DNA of 64,000 bases from the human T2T-CHM13v2.0 reference genome, Homo sapiens. The notes under the pieces were generated by a model. It was not told the origin of the DNA, did no database searches, and worked only from the letters and a program-made list of their open reading frames with translations. This document shows, one piece after another, positions 1-18,048 of the stretch. Within the stretch, counting starts at the first letter, position 1; each line of letters opens with the position of its first letter. The translations under genes were made by a program, and so were the position numbers. The stretch is taken from the NCBI RefSeq assembly GCF_009914755.1, contig NC_060930.1; one strand, given 5' to 3'.

Positions 1-44
1 AATTAAAAAAAGAAAAAAAAGAAAGGAAAAGAAAAAAAAATCCA

Positions 45-800
<756 letters not shown>

Positions 801-818
801 TTAAAAAAAGTGTGGGTG

Positions 819-1090
819 TATGTGGTGATTAATTTCATGTGTCATCTTGACTGAATCATGAGGTGTCCAGACATGTGGTAAAACATTATTCTGGATATGT
901 CTGTGAGGGTGTGACTAGATGAGATTAACATTTGAACCAGTAGACTGAGCAAAGCCAGTTGCCCTCTCTCAGTGTGAGCCTAACCCAATCAATTGAAGTC
1001 CTAAATAGAACAGAAAGGCTGAGCAAGAGGAAACACCTCCCACATGACTGCTTGAACTACTACATAGGTTTTTTCCTACCTTTGGACTCT
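819..1090 (+). mobile_element. MLT2 (ERVL) LTR fragment
   Basis: TGTGGTGATTAATTTCATGTGTCATCTTGACTG...ACATTATTCTGG...GATGAGATTAACATTTGAA matches the MLT2 5' end. Confidence 0.8.
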
Positions 1091-1782
1091 TAATTATGAA
1101 CCAAAGGGCAATAAAAAGAAAATAAAAGAAACACAGAGAAAGTCACCAGCACTGATTTCTACAAAGCAGAGATTCACATTATTAGGTAACTGCAATCTGG
1201 CCACAGACAAGCTGGTATAAAAATGCCTCACCTCAGCAGCAGCCCCAGTCAGGGGCTTATAGATAAAACTCCCAACTCCCTGGGACAGAGCACCTGGGGG
1301 AAGGGGCAGCTGTGGGCATAGCTTCAGCAGACTTAAACGTTCTTGCCTGCCAGCTCTGAAGAGAGTAGCAGATCTCCCAGCACAGTGCTCGAGATCCGCT
1401 AAGGGACAGACTGCCCCTCATGTGGGTCCCTAACTCCCATGCCTCCTGACTGGGAGACACCTCCCAGCAAGAGTCGACAGACTTCATACAGGAGAGCTCA
1501 CCTGGTGTCTGGCGGGTGCCCCTCTGGGATGAAGCTTCCAGAGGAGAGGGCAGGCAGCAAACTTTCCTGTTCTGCAGCCTCTGCTGGTGATACCTGGGCA
1601 AACAGGGTCTGGAGTAGACCTCCAGCAAACTCCAGTAGACCTGCAGCAGAGGGACCTGAATGTTAGAAGGAAAACTAACAAGCAGAAAGCAATAGCATCA
1701 ACATCCACAGAACGACGCCCACACAAAAACACCATCAGAAGGTCACCAACATCAAAGACCAAAGGTAGATAAATCCACAAAG

Positions 1783-2806
1783 ATGAGGGAAAATCCAGCA
1801 CAAAAAGTGGAAAATTCCAAAAACCGAATGCCTCTTCTCCTCCAAAGGATCACAGTTCCTCACCAGCAAGGGAACAAAACTGGATGGAGAATGAGTTTCA
1901 CAAATTGACAGAAGTAGGCTTCGAAGGGGGGTAATAACAAACTCCTTCCAGCTAAAGGAGCATGTTCTAACCCAATGCCAGGAAGCTAAGAACATGGGTA
2001 AAAGGTTACAGGAACTGCTAGTTAGAATAACCAGTTTAAAGAAGAATATAAATGACCTGATGGAGCTGAAAATCTCAACACAAGAACTTCGTGAAGCATA
2101 TACAAGTATAAATAGCCAAATCGATCAAGCAGAGGAAATCAATCTTCAAGAGAATGAAGATCAACTTAATGAAATAAAGTGTGAAGAGAAGATTACAGAA
2201 AAAAGAATGAAAAGGAACAAACTAAGCCTCCAAGAAATATGGGACTATGTGAAAAGACCAAACCTACGTTTGATTGGTGTACCTGAAAGTGATGGGGAGA
2301 ATGGAACCAAGGTGGAAAACACTCTTCAGGATATTATACAGAACTTCCCCAACCTAGCAAGAAAGGCCAACATTCAAATTCAGGAAATACAGAGAACACT
2401 ACAAATATACTCCTCGAGAAGAGCAACCCCAAGACACATAATCTTCAGATTCACCAAGGTTGAAATGAAGGAAAAAATGTTAAGGGCAGCCAGAGAGAAA
2501 AGTCGGGTTACCCACAAAGGGAAGCCCATCAGACTAACAGTGAATCTCTCAGCAGAAACCCTACAAGCCAGAAGATAGTGGGGGCCAATATTCAACATTC
2601 TTAAAGAAAAGAATTTTCAACCAAGAATTTCATAACCAGCCAAACTAAGCTTCATAAGCGAAGGAGAAATAAAATCCTTTGCAGAGAAGCAAATGCTGAG
2701 GGATTTTGTCACCACCAGACATACATTATAAGAGCTCCTTAAGGAAGCACTAAACATGGAAAGGAAAAAACAGTACCAGCCACTGCGAAACCTTACCAAA
2801 ATGTAA
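1783..2806 (+). pseudogene. L1 ORF1p remnant (disrupted)
   Basis: ORF 1994-2578 contains SLQEIWDYVKRPNLRLIGVPESDGENG; frameshifts and premature stop. Confidence 0.9.
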
Positions 2807-2869
2807 AGACCATTGACACTAGGAAGAAACTGCCTCAACTAATGGGCAAAATAACCAGCTAACATCATA

Positions 2870-5800
2870 ATGACAAGATCAAATTCACATGTAACAATAT
2901 AACCTTAAATGTAAACGGGCTAAATGCCCCAATTAAAAGACGTAGACTGGCAAATTGGATAAACAGTCAAGATCCATTAATGTGCTGTATTCAGGAGACA
3001 CATCTCATGTGCAAAGACACACATAGGATCAAAATAAAGGGATGGAGGAATATTTACCAAGCAAATGGAAAGCAAAAGAAAAAAAAAAGCAGGGGCTGCA
3101 ATCCTAGTCTCTGAGAAAATAGACTTTAATCCAACAAAGATCAAAAAAGACAAAGAAGGGCATTACATAATGGTAAAAGTTTCAATGCAACAAGAAGAGT
3201 TAACTATCCTAAGTATATATGAACCCAATACAGGAGCACCCAGATTCATAAAGCAAGTTCTTAGATACCTACAAAGAGACTTAGACTCCCACACAATAAT
3301 AGTGGGAGAACTTAACACCCCACTGTCAATATTAGTCAGATTCAATGAGACAGAAAATTAACAAGGATATTCAGGACTTGAACTCAGCTCTGGCCCAAGC
3401 AGACCTAATATACATCTACAGATCTCTCTATTCCAAATCGACAGAATATAAATTCTTCTCAGCACCACATCGCACTTATTCTAAAAGTGACCACATAATT
3501 GGTAGTAAAACACTCCTCAGCAAATGCAAAAGTATGGAAATCATAGTCTCTCAGACCAAGTTCAATCAAATTAGACTTCAGGATTAAGAAACTCACTCAA
3601 AACTACACAACTACATGGAAACTGAACAACCTGTTCCTGAACAACTACTGGGTCAATAATGAAATTAAGGCAGAAATAAATAAGTTCTTTGAAACCAGTG
3701 AGAACAAAGACAGGACATACCAGAATCTCTGGAACACAGCTAAAGCAGTGTTTAGAGGGAAATTTATAGCACTAAATGCCCACATGAGAAAGGGGAAAGA
3801 TCTAAATTCAACACCCTAACATCACAATTAAAAGAACTAGAGAAGCAAGAGCAAACAAATTCAAAAGCTAGCAGAAGACCAGAAACAACTAAGGTCAGAG
3901 CAGAACTAAAGGAGACAGAGACACAAAAAAACCCTTCAAAAAAATCAATGAATCCAGGAGCTGGTTTTTTGAAAAGATTAACAAAATAGATTGACCACTA
4001 GCCAGACAATAAAGAAGAAAATAGAGAAGAATCAAGTAGACACAATACAAAATGATAAAGGGGATATCACCACTCACCCAACAGAAATAAAAACTACCAT
4101 CAGAGAATACTATGAACACTTCTATGCAAATAAACTGGAAAATCTAGAAGAAATGGATGAATTCCTGGACACATACACCCTCACAAGACTAAACCAGGAA
4201 GAAGTCAAACCCCTGCACAGACCAATAACAAGTTCTGAAATTGAGGCAGTAGTTAATAGCGTACCAACCAAAAAAAGTCCAGGACCAGACAGATTCACAG
4301 CCGAATTCTACCAGAGGTACAAAGAGGAGCTGGTACCATCCCTTCTGAAACTATTCCAAACAATAGAAAACTCATTTTATGAGGCCAGCATCATCCTGAT
4401 ACCAATACCTGGCAGAGACACAACAAAAAAAGAAAATTTCAGGCCATCCATGCAAATATCCTCAATAAAATACTGGCAAACCGAATCCAGTAGCACATCA
4501 AAAGGCTTATCCACCACGATCAAGTCAGCTTCATACATGGGATGCAAGGCTGGTTCAACATACACAAGTCAATAAACATAATCCATCACATAAACAGAAA
4601 CAATGACAAAAGCCACATGATTATCTTAATAGATGCAGAAAGGCCTTCAATAAAATTCATGACCCCTTCATGCTAGAAACACTAAATGAACTAGGTATTG
4701 ATGGATTGTATCTCAAAATAATAGGAGCTATTTATGAAACACCAACAGCCAATATCATACTGAATGGACAAAAGCTGGAAGCATTTCCTTTGAAAACTGG
4801 TACAAGACAAGGATGACCCCACTCACCACTCTTTTTCAACATAGTGTTGGAAGTTCTGGCAAGGGTAATCAGGCAAGAGAAAGAAATAAAGCCAATTCAA
4901 ATAGGAAGAGAGGAAGTCAAATTGTCTCTGTTTGCAGATGACATGATTGTATATTTAGAAAATCCCATTGTCTCAGTCCAAAAACTCCTTAAGCTGATAA
5001 GCAACTTCAGCAAAGTCTCAGGATACAAAATCAATGTGCAAAAATCACAGGCATTCCTATACACCATTAACAGACAAACAGAGAGCCAAATCATGAGTGA
5101 ACTCCCATTCATAATTGCTTCAAAGAGAATAAAATACCTAGGAATACAACTTACAAGAAATGTGAAGGACCTCTTCAAGGAGAACTACAAACCACTGCTC
5201 AAGGAAATAAGAGAAGACACAAACAAATGGAAAAACATTCCATGCTCATGGATAGGGAGAATCAGTATCATAAAAATGGCCATACTGCCCAAAGTAATTT
5301 ATAGATTTTTTGCCGTATCAAGCTACCATTGACTTTCTTCACAGAATTAGAAAAAACTAATTTAAATTTCATATGGAACCAAAAACAGCCTGTATAGCCA
5401 AGACAATCTTAAGCAAATAGAACAAAGCTGGACGCATCATGCTACCTGACTTCAAACTATACTACAAGGCTACAGTAACCAAAACAGCATGTTACTGGTA
5501 CCAAAATAGACATATAGACAAATGGAACAGAATAGAGGCCTCAGAAATAACACCACACATCTACAACCATCTGATCTTTGATAAACCTGACAAAAAAAAG
5601 TAATGGGGAAAAGATTCCTTATTTAATAAATGGTGTTGGGAAAACTGGCTAGCCATATGCAGAAAACTGAAACCGGACCCCTTCCCTACACCTTATACAA
5701 AAATTAACTCAAGATGGATTAAAGACTTAAATGTAAGACCTAAAACCATAAAAACCCTAAAAGAAAACCTAGGCAATACCATTCAGGACATAGGCATGGG

Positions 5801-6655
5801 CAAAGACTTCATGACTAAAACACCAAAAGCAGTGACAACAAAAGCCAGAATTGACAAATGGGATCTAATTAAACTAAATAGCTTCTGCACAGCACAAGAA
5901 ACTATCATCAGAGTGAACAGGCAACGTACAGAATGGGAGAAAATTTTGCAATCTTTCCATCTGACAAAGGGCTAATATGCAGAATCTACAAAGAACTTAA
6001 ATAAATTTACAATTAAGAAAAAAACAACCCCATCAAAAAGTGGGTGGAGGATATGAACAGACAGTTCTCAAAAGTAGAGATTTATATGGCCAACAAGCAT
6101 ATGAAAAAAAGCTCATCATCACTGGTCATTAGAGAAATGCAAATCAAAACCACAATGAGATACCATCTCATGTCAGTCAGAATGGCGATCATTAAAAAGT
6201 CAGGAAACAACAGATGCTGGAGAGGATGTGGAGAAATAGGAATGCTTTTAAACTGTTGGTGGGAATGTAAATTAGTTCAACCATTGTGGAAGACATTGTG
6301 ATGATTCCTCAAGGATCTAGAATCAGAAATACTATTTGACCCAGCAATCCCACTGCTGGGTATATATCTAAAGGATTATAAATCATTCTACTATAAAGAC
6401 ACATGCACACATATATTTATTGCAGCACTATTCACAATAGCAAAGACTTGGAACCAACCCAAGTACCCATCAATGATAGAGTGGATAAAGGTAATGTGGC
6501 ACATATACACCATGGAATGCTATGCAGCCATGAAAAACGATGAGTTCGTGTCCTTTGCAGGGACATGGATGAAGCTGGAAACCATCATTCTTAGCAAACT
6601 AACACAGCAACAGACAACCAAACACTGCATGTTCTCATTCATAAGTGGGAGTTGA
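2870..6655 (+). pseudogene. L1 ORF2p (endonuclease/RT) remnant, many frameshifts
   Basis: Fragments in several frames, including [14 protein letters not shown] (RT) and the C-terminal Cys-rich region. Confidence 0.92.
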
Positions 6656-6969
6656 ACAATGAGAACACATGGACACAGGGAGGGGAATATTCAAACCAGG
6701 GCCTGTTGGGGGGTGGGGGGCTAGGGGAGGGATAGCATTAGGAGAAATACCTAATGTACATGACGGATTGATGGGTGCAGCAAATCACCATGGCACATGT
6801 GTACCTATGTAACAAACCTGCACCTTCTGCACATGTATCCCAGAACTTAAAGTATAATAAAAAAATAAAATAAAAATAAAAAAGAATACCTTACCTCATC
6901 CCATTCAAGTTATTCCCCCAAAGAATTTCCCCATCTCTTCCAATTTTTGACAGTTCTCCCTGTCACATT

Positions 6970-7200
6970 TTTGTCATTTATTCATTCACTCAACAAATAG
7001 TTGAATGTCCATCCTGTTCTAGGCCTTGGAGAATCAACAGAAATCAAAAGCAGCCAATCCTTGACCAATGGGACTTCTAAAAGGGAAAACAAATAATAAA
7101 ACAATCTAAAAAGAAATGTAAAATTGTTATTGCAAATTGTGCTATGAAAATAATACATATGGTGCTGGCAAAGGAATTACTTGGCCTAATGTGGAGTTCA
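6970..7200 (-). mobile_element. L2 3' end fragment
   Basis: TTCATTCACTCAACAAATAGTTGAATG is the L2 tail signature. Confidence 0.6.
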
Positions 7201-7690
7201 AAACAAACAAATAAACAAACAAACAATGCCTACAGTCCAAAAATTTAAAAGTAGCAGTGAAAGTGTATCATTTAGAGACTTGGTGGTAAATATCAAAGTA
7301 ATTACCTAAAAGAAATGAAAGTGGGTTGTCTCTGGGAAGCAGGAAATGGGAGAAAGGAGGCAGAGTACTGCTGTTTTTTGAAAACTGTTTTTTTTTTTTA
7401 ACTATTTTACTCTCTAAATTGCATACTCAAAAAATTTTGATAAAAAATTATTTTAAAGGAAGAAAACAAATATATACTTTGGCAACCTTTACCAAGAGGA
7501 AAGCAAACATCAAAATTACTAGTATGAAACATACTCCTAAAAAAGAAAACAGCCACAGATACAGAAGAGATTAAAAAGATAAGAAACTACTACAAACAAA
7601 TTTATTCCTATAAATTTGAAAAGTAAGATAAAATGGTTAGATTTCTCTCTTGAAAAACTTATCAAAATCAACTCTAAAGAAAATCAGTCA

Positions 7691-8594
7691 GGGAGGAGCC
7701 AAGATGGCCGAATAGGAACAGCTCCGGTCTACAGCTCCCAGCCTGAGCGACGCAGAAGACGGGTGATTTCTGCATTTCCAACTGAGGTACCGGGTTCATC
7801 TCACTAGGGAGTGCCAGACAGTGGGCGCAGGTCAGTGGGTGCGCGCACCGTGCGCGAGCCGAAGCAGGGCGAGGCATTGCCTCACTTGGGAAGCGCAAGG
7901 GGTCAGGGAGTTCCCTTTCCGAGTCAAAGAAAGGGGTGACGGACGCACCTGGAAAATCGGGTCACTCCCACCCGAATACTGCGCTTTTCTGACGGGCTTA
8001 AAAAATGGCGCACCACGAGAGTATATCCCGCACCTGGCTTGGAGGGTCCTATGCCCACGGAGTCTCGCCGATTGCTAGCACAGCAGTCTGAGATCAAACT
8101 GCAAGGCGGCAGCGAGGCTGGGGGAGGGGCGCCCGCCATTGCCCAGGCTTGATTAGGTAAACTAAGCAGCCTGGAAGCTTGAACTGGGTGAAGCCCACCA
8201 CAGCTCAAGGAGGCCTCCCTGCCTCTGTAGGCTCCACCTCTGGGGGCAGGGCACAGACAAACAAAAAGACAGCAGTAACCGCTGCAGACTTAAATGTCCC
8301 TGTCTGACAGCTTTGAAGACAGCAGTGGTTCTCCCAGCACGCAGCTGGAGATCTGAGAACGGGCAGACTGCCTCCTCAAGTGGCTCCCTGAACCCTGACC
8401 CCCGAGCAGCCTAACTGGGAGGCACCCCCCAGCAGGAGCACACTGACACCTCACACGGCAGGGTATTCCAACCGACCTGCAGCTGAGGGTCCTGTCTGTT
8501 AGAAGGAAAACTAACAAACAGAAAGGATATCCACACCAAAAACTCATCTGTACATCACCATCATCAAAGACCAAAAGTAGATAAAACCACAAAG
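7691..8594 (+). promoter_or_regulatory. L1PA2 5' UTR: CpG-rich sense promoter with YY1 site, plus antisense promoter
   Basis: CAAGATGGCCG at ~7700-7710; many retained CpGs; promoter function is established for this family. Confidence 0.8.
7924..8139 (-). CDS. ORF0: L1 ORF0, 71 aa antisense ORF, intact
   Basis: MAGAPPPASLPPCSLISDCCASN...RVGVTRFSRCVRHPFL; ATG is the CAT at 8137-8139; no stop or frameshift. Confidence 0.85.
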   Translation of the reverse strand: MAGAPPPASLPPCSLISDCCASNRRDSVGIGPSKPGAGYTLVVRHFLSPSEKRSIRVGVTRFSRCVRHPFL

Positions 8595-9612
8595 ATGGGG
8601 AAAAAAACAGAACAGAAAAACTGGAAACTCTAAAAAGCAGAGCGCCTCTCCTCCTCCAAAGGAACGCAGTTCCTCACCAGCAACGGAACAAAGCTGGATG
8701 GAGAATGACTTTGACGAGCTGAGAGAAGAAGGCTTCAGATGATCAAATTACTCTGAGCTACGGGAGGACATTCAAACCAAAGGCAAAGAAGTTGAAAACT
8801 TTGAAAAAAATTTAGAAGAATGTATAACTAGAATAACCAATACAGAGAAGTGCTTAAAGGAGCTGATGGAGCTGAAAACCAAGGCTTGAGATCTACATGA
8901 AGAATGCAGAAGCCTCAGGAGCTGATGCGATCAACTGGAAGAAAGAGTATCAGCAATGGAAGATGAAAGGAATGAAATGAAGCAAGAAGGGAAGTTTAGA
9001 GAAAAAAGAATAAAAAGAAATGAGCAAAGCCTCCAAGAAATATGAGACTATGTGAAAAGACCAAATCTACGTCTGATTGGGGTACCTGAAAGTGATGGGG
9101 AGAATGGAACCAAGTTGGAAAACACTCTGCAGGATATTATCCAGGAGAACTTCCCCAATCTAGCAAGGCAGGCCAACGTTCAGATTCAGGAAATACAGAG
9201 AACGCCACAAAGATACTCCTCGAGAAGAGCAACTCCAAGACACATAATTGTCAGATTCACCAAAGTTGAAATGAAGGAAAAAATGTTAAGGGCAGCCAGA
9301 GAGAAAGGTTGGCTTACCCTCAAAGGGAAGCCCATCAGACTAACAGCGGATCTCTCGGCAGAAACCCTACAAACCAGAAGAGAGTGGGGGCCAATATTCA
9401 ACATTCTTAAAGAAAAGAATTTTCAACCCAGAATTTCATATCCAGCCAAACTAAGCTTCATAAGCGAAGGAGAAATAAAATACTTTACAGACAAGCAAAT
9501 GCTGAGAGATTTTATCACCACCAGGCCTGCCCTAAAAGAGCTCCTGAAGGAAGCGCTAAACATGGAAAGGAACAACCGGTACCAGCCACTGCAAAATCAT
9601 GCCAAAATGTAA
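8595..9612 (+). pseudogene. L1PA2 ORF1p, disrupted
   Basis: Extra A after ATGGGG and several CGA/TGG>TGA stops; only the C-terminal 186 aa are open. Confidence 0.92.
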
Positions 9613-9660
9613 AGACCGTCGAGACTAGGAAGAAACTGCATCAATTAACGAGCAAAATAA

Positions 9661-13482
<3,822 letters not shown>

Positions 13483-13715
13483 ACAATGAGAACACATGGA
13501 CACAGGAAGGGGAACATCACACTCTGGGGACTGTTGTGGGGTGGGGGGAGGCGGGAGGGATAGCATTGGGAGATATACCTAATGCTAGATGACGAGTTAT
13601 TGGGTGCAGCGCACCAGCATGGCACATGTATACATATGTAACTAACCTGCACAATGTGCACATGTACCCTAAAACTTAAAGTATAATAGTAATAAAAAAA
13701 AAAGAAAATCTGTCA

Positions 13716-14500
13716 TAAGTAGGTATTTCACAAATGCCTGATAAGCATATAAATTATTTTCAACTTCAATTGAAATTAAAGAAATATAAATAAGATCTCA
13801 ATAATGTAACATTTTAAACCTACTCAACTGGTAAAAGTTAAAGACATGGAAAAACCAAGCACTGGCAAAGGTGTAGAACAACAGAAACTCTTATTAACTC
13901 CTTGTACAAGCATTGAAATAAAATTGGGATTACTGTTTTAAAGCAAGCATGTGCATACTCTTCATTCCAAGGGATTCACATTAACCTGGGGAAACTCCTG
14001 GGAATTTGCACCATACAACATTGAATGAAAATGTACACAGTTTCATTAAAAACAAAAGGAAAAAAGAAAATTCAAGTATATATAAACAGAAGAACAAATG
14101 AATAATTGTGAAACAGACAAAAATGGAATGTTACATAGCAGTGAAAATAACTAGCTTCATGCGTAACTTGAATGGATTTTGTAAACATAATATTAGGGAG
14201 GAAGGCTCAGAAGACTAAATAAAAGCAATTTTATAGAGCTCAATGATATTCTTTGAAGACATACATATGTGATAAAATTATTATGTTTTTACAACCAATA
14301 ATAAACACAAAATCCGGGGTAGTGTTTACCTCTTGTTGAAGAGAAGGAGATAGGAAGACGGCATTTGGAAAAGGTACCTTTGTATTTCAAGAGTACTGGG
14401 AATGTTGTGCCTATACTAGGAATTAGAATCAAAAAAGTTTTTTTTATTACTATGCCTGATTAATTACAGATATGTTACATTCATTCATTTATATAAAATA
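13716..14500 (+). mobile_element. Ancient L1M (L1ME-like) ORF2/3' fragments; host of the L1PA2 insertion, with a left part at ~7490-7675
   Basis: Degenerate ORF2-like sequence (AAGCACTGGCAAAGGTGTAGAACAACAGAAACTC) and L1-like sequence on both sides of the L1PA2. Confidence 0.55.
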
Positions 14501-14650
14501 TTATATACTATAATGTTTCATAATATCATTACCTCTGTTTCTCCTATCATACTGAAATACAAATTCTAACAATTCTCAGTTAAATAAATGTACAGAAGGT
14601 TTCTTTCTGAAAATGTATACCTACTTAGTCTCTAATCCACTGATAAGAGA

Positions 14651-14653
<3 letters not shown>

Positions 14654-14681
<28 letters not shown>
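14654..14681. repeat. (CA)n microsatellite
   Basis: About 14 AC units. Confidence 0.95.
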
Positions 14682-14684
<3 letters not shown>

Positions 14685-15112
14685 AAATTTTGTGGCAATG
14701 TAGAATTGATGCTCTTTTTGATGCTTTTCTTTCCCACTGTGTAATATTGTTAATACACATTTTGAAATGATCTTGAAAGAAGGTAATAACTGCCATTAAA
14801 TCACTCACATTGATGGATATATAAAAGTGGATAAAATAGCCTGTTAAAGAAAAAATGGAAATCTTTGCCTCTTTTCAGCACCCCCATGTGGCCATCAGAG
14901 AAAAAGGCAAGCTTTGTTGCTAATTACAGATAAATTATGGGTCCCCTATATCAGTACCATGCTGTGTTTATTTGATACGTTAGCAAATGCCATATTAACA
15001 AACTAAGAGAAAGTTTTTTATTTTGCTTACATTTTAATAGAGTATCCAAGAAGAAAAAAACAAAGCATATTCTACAATACCAAAAACAAGAAAGTAACTC
15101 TCATGTAAAGCA

Positions 15113-15310
15113 GCAGTGCTAGGTATGTTTCACTGAACAGCAGTGCATAAGTTGTTCCTTGGGGGAGGAAAAAGTATATCTTGGTAAAATAACTTTAAGA
15201 AATTCAGTATGCTATCTCCACTGGGATATTAACAGTGAACATCAGCTTAGTAAACACTCCAAAAAGTCCTAGAGTAAAAAAATCTGTTTAACTCTGTTTC
15301 ACTTATCATT
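15113..15310. mobile_element. hAT-Charlie MITE fragment (MER119-like)
   Basis: AAAAGTCCTAGAGTAAAAAAATCTGTTTAACTCTGTTT resembles a Charlie-family MER core; weak match. Confidence 0.4.
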
Positions 15311-15477
15311 ACTTTTAGTTCTGTGAAAGTAGTTAGGTATCTCATTTTAAGACATGCTGAAATAAAACTTTAAATTCTCATAGTTTTTTTGTTTTTGTTT
15401 TTGTTTTTTTTTTTACTTAGGAAATTCATAATGACTGGCATTGTAACAACTGTCACACAAGTATAGAATTATGTTGT

Positions 15478-15859
15478 TGATATGGTTTGGCTTTGTGTCC
15501 TCACTCAAATCTCATGTTGAATTATGATCTTCATTGCTGAAGGAGGGGCCTATTGGGAGGTGACTGGACCATGGGGGTGGTTTCTAGTGGTATAGCACCA
15601 TCCCCTTAGTGCTGTCTCATGACAGAGTTCTCACAAGACCTGGTTGTTTAAAAGTGTGTGGCACCTTCCCCTTCGCACTCTGTCTCTTGTTCCACCATGC
15701 GAAGATTGTGCCCGTTTCCCCTTCACCTTCCACCATGTTTGTAAGTTTCCTGAGGCCTCCTGAACAGCCTGTGGAACTGTGAGTCAATTAAACCTTTTTC
15801 TCCATAAATTACCCAGTCTCGGATATGTCTTTATAGCAATGTGACAATGGACTAATACA
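15478..15859 (+). mobile_element. MSTA (ERVL-MaLR) solo LTR
   Basis: TGATATGGTTTGGCT start; ATTAAACC...ATAAATTACCCAGTCTC...GGACTAATACA end. Confidence 0.9.
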
Positions 15860-16579
15860 GCTCTTTATGAGTATTTAATATCGGGTGGTCAGTTGAGTGG
15901 ATTGTGGTTAAATGAATAAATGAATGAATCAATCGAGTGCAGAGAATAATAAAAATTATTCATATAGAATCCAAGTTACTTTCAGACAACATTTTTAATT
16001 GGTTATGTTTGTTTTTGCTAAGAACAATATTTCAGTCTAGCCTCACCTCTGCTGTAGTAGTTATCAGTTAAGCACATCAACAGTGATCTATTTCAGATCT
16101 TCTTTGGATTAGCCAGAATGAGTGGCATCAAAGAAAGCTTATGTTTACAATGGTTGGGAGTTTCTATTTGTTCCTGACTGTCACTGTTTAAAACTGCTAT
16201 CACACATATGCCAAAGAAATGATTATGCATCTATTAGTGACTTTTTGTAAGGACAAGCAAAACAATGCCTGTCTTAGTCTCATCACCTTTCTCCCAAAGT
16301 CATGCTTTCAGAATAATCTCTGAGAGTCTTACTATTAAGAATTCTTCATTGGTTTGACCTGTGAGAGAGGTACTTATTCAAAAAGCACAGTGGATTTAGT
16401 TCCTGCCTTGATAAGTAAAATTTTAGTTATTAATAGCAAGAATTTGCCCTGGATCAATAGCATCAAAGAATAGTAAGGAATAGCAATATTAACAGCTTCT
16501 TACAAACCTTCCTTCTTTTTTTCTGGTATATGTAAATGTTCTCTCTCTCTTTCTTTCTCCCTCTCCGTCTCTCCACAAA

Positions 16580-16906
16580 CAGATGCTTCTCACCTTAGAT
16601 AAGGTTATAACCCAACAGACTCATTATAAGTTCAAAATATCCTAACTTGAAAATGCATATAATAAACAGAACACTATAGCTTGGCCTAGCCCTTATACAT
16701 GCTCAGACACTTACATTAGCACTGCTAGCTGGGAAGTGCAGCTCACTGCCCCTGCTCGACTTTGCAAAAGCATTGTATAACATGTCTCTGGCCCAGAAAA
16801 AGATCAAAATTTAAAATTTGGAGTACAGTTTCTACTGAACACATATTGCTTTTGCATCATAGTAAAACTGAAAAATCAGAAGTTGAAAAATCGTATGTCA
16901 GAGACT
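16580..16906 (+). mobile_element. MER47A-like TcMar-Tigger MITE
   Basis: CAGATGCTTCT start; AAGATCAAAATTTAAAATTTGGAGTACAGTTTCTACTGAA 3' part. Confidence 0.75.
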
Positions 16907-17151
16907 TAGGGAAATATATATGTATATCTCCCACTAAAGGATTTTGTTAGAAGATAAACATTCTCAATCGTCACAACATTCCATAAGAGGTAATCCCACT
17001 CCAACCATTCTTTGGAAGTAACTTAAAGATGTGTTGGCCACATTCAGACAGTGAGAAGTCAGTTACTGCATAAAACACTGACATTGCATTTTTTACATAT
17101 TTTTAACGCACTAAAACTTATTTTTTATTGCTTTTACTGTCACAAAATTAC

Positions 17152-17537
17152 TGTATTAATTAGCGTTCTCCAGAGAAACAGAACCAATAGGATATAAACA
17201 GATATGTATAAAAGAGATTTATTATGAGAATTGGCTCACACGATTATGGAAACCAAGAAGTCCTAGGATATGTCATCTGCAAGCTGGAGAACCAGCGGTA
17301 TAATTCAGTCATAGTCTGGAAGCCCAAGAACCAGGAGCTCTGCTGCCCAAGGGCAGAAGACGGATATATCAGCTCAGGAAGAGAGAGACAGTATTCATCC
17401 TTTCTTTACTGAATCTACTGATTCAAATGCTAATCTCTTCCAGAAACACCCTAATAGACACACCCAGAAATGTTTTGCCAGCTATGTGGGCATCCTGTAT
17501 GTAGCCCAGTCAAGTTGACACATAAAATTAATCATAA
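17152..17537 (-). mobile_element. MLT2 (ERVL) solo LTR
   Basis: TTCTCCAGAGAAACAGAACCAATAGG ... CCCAGTCAAGTTGACACATAAAATTAA. Confidence 0.85.
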
Positions 17538-18045
17538 TAATAATACAGACCTATTGTAGAAAGTTCAAATAAAAGTAAGCTTGAGAGTTTAGCCCAGACA
17601 AGTAGGATACACCCCAACCAGCAGTTTCACCAGAACAGGCTGCCCTCACTCAAGGAGTATATGTACACCTGACACCACATCTAGCTGCACCCAATAATCT
17701 GTTTTACACAGAACTAGGCTTCCTGTCCATATAAACAAGAATTTTCAAATACAAATTTGGGTACAAAATGAAGAAGCAACAAGTGTCTGAAGAAAACAGA
17801 ATGAATCAATAACCAAAGGTGAAAGGTATTATAATAAATAGACTTTAAATAAAATAGGACAAACATAAATAATTTAAAATAAATATAACTGACATGCTCA
17901 GAGAGGGTCTCAAAAATAGGGCATCCTTGGGCCAGGTACAGTGGCTCACACCTGTAATCCCAGCACTTTGGGAGGCTGAGGTGAGTGGATCACTTGAGGC
18001 CAGGAGTTCAAGACCGGCCTGATCAACATAGTAAAACCCCATCTC

Positions 18046-18048
<3 letters not shown>

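Larger units (their letters stand above)
1236..6881 (+). mobile_element. L1PA7 LINE-1, truncated within the 5' UTR, inactive
   Basis: Partial 5' UTR, ORF1 and ORF2 remnants in the ORF track, 3' end GTATCCCAGAACTTAAAGTATAATAA plus A-tail; degenerate 17-bp TSD 1219-1235 / 6882-6898 (3 mismatches). Confidence 0.92.
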
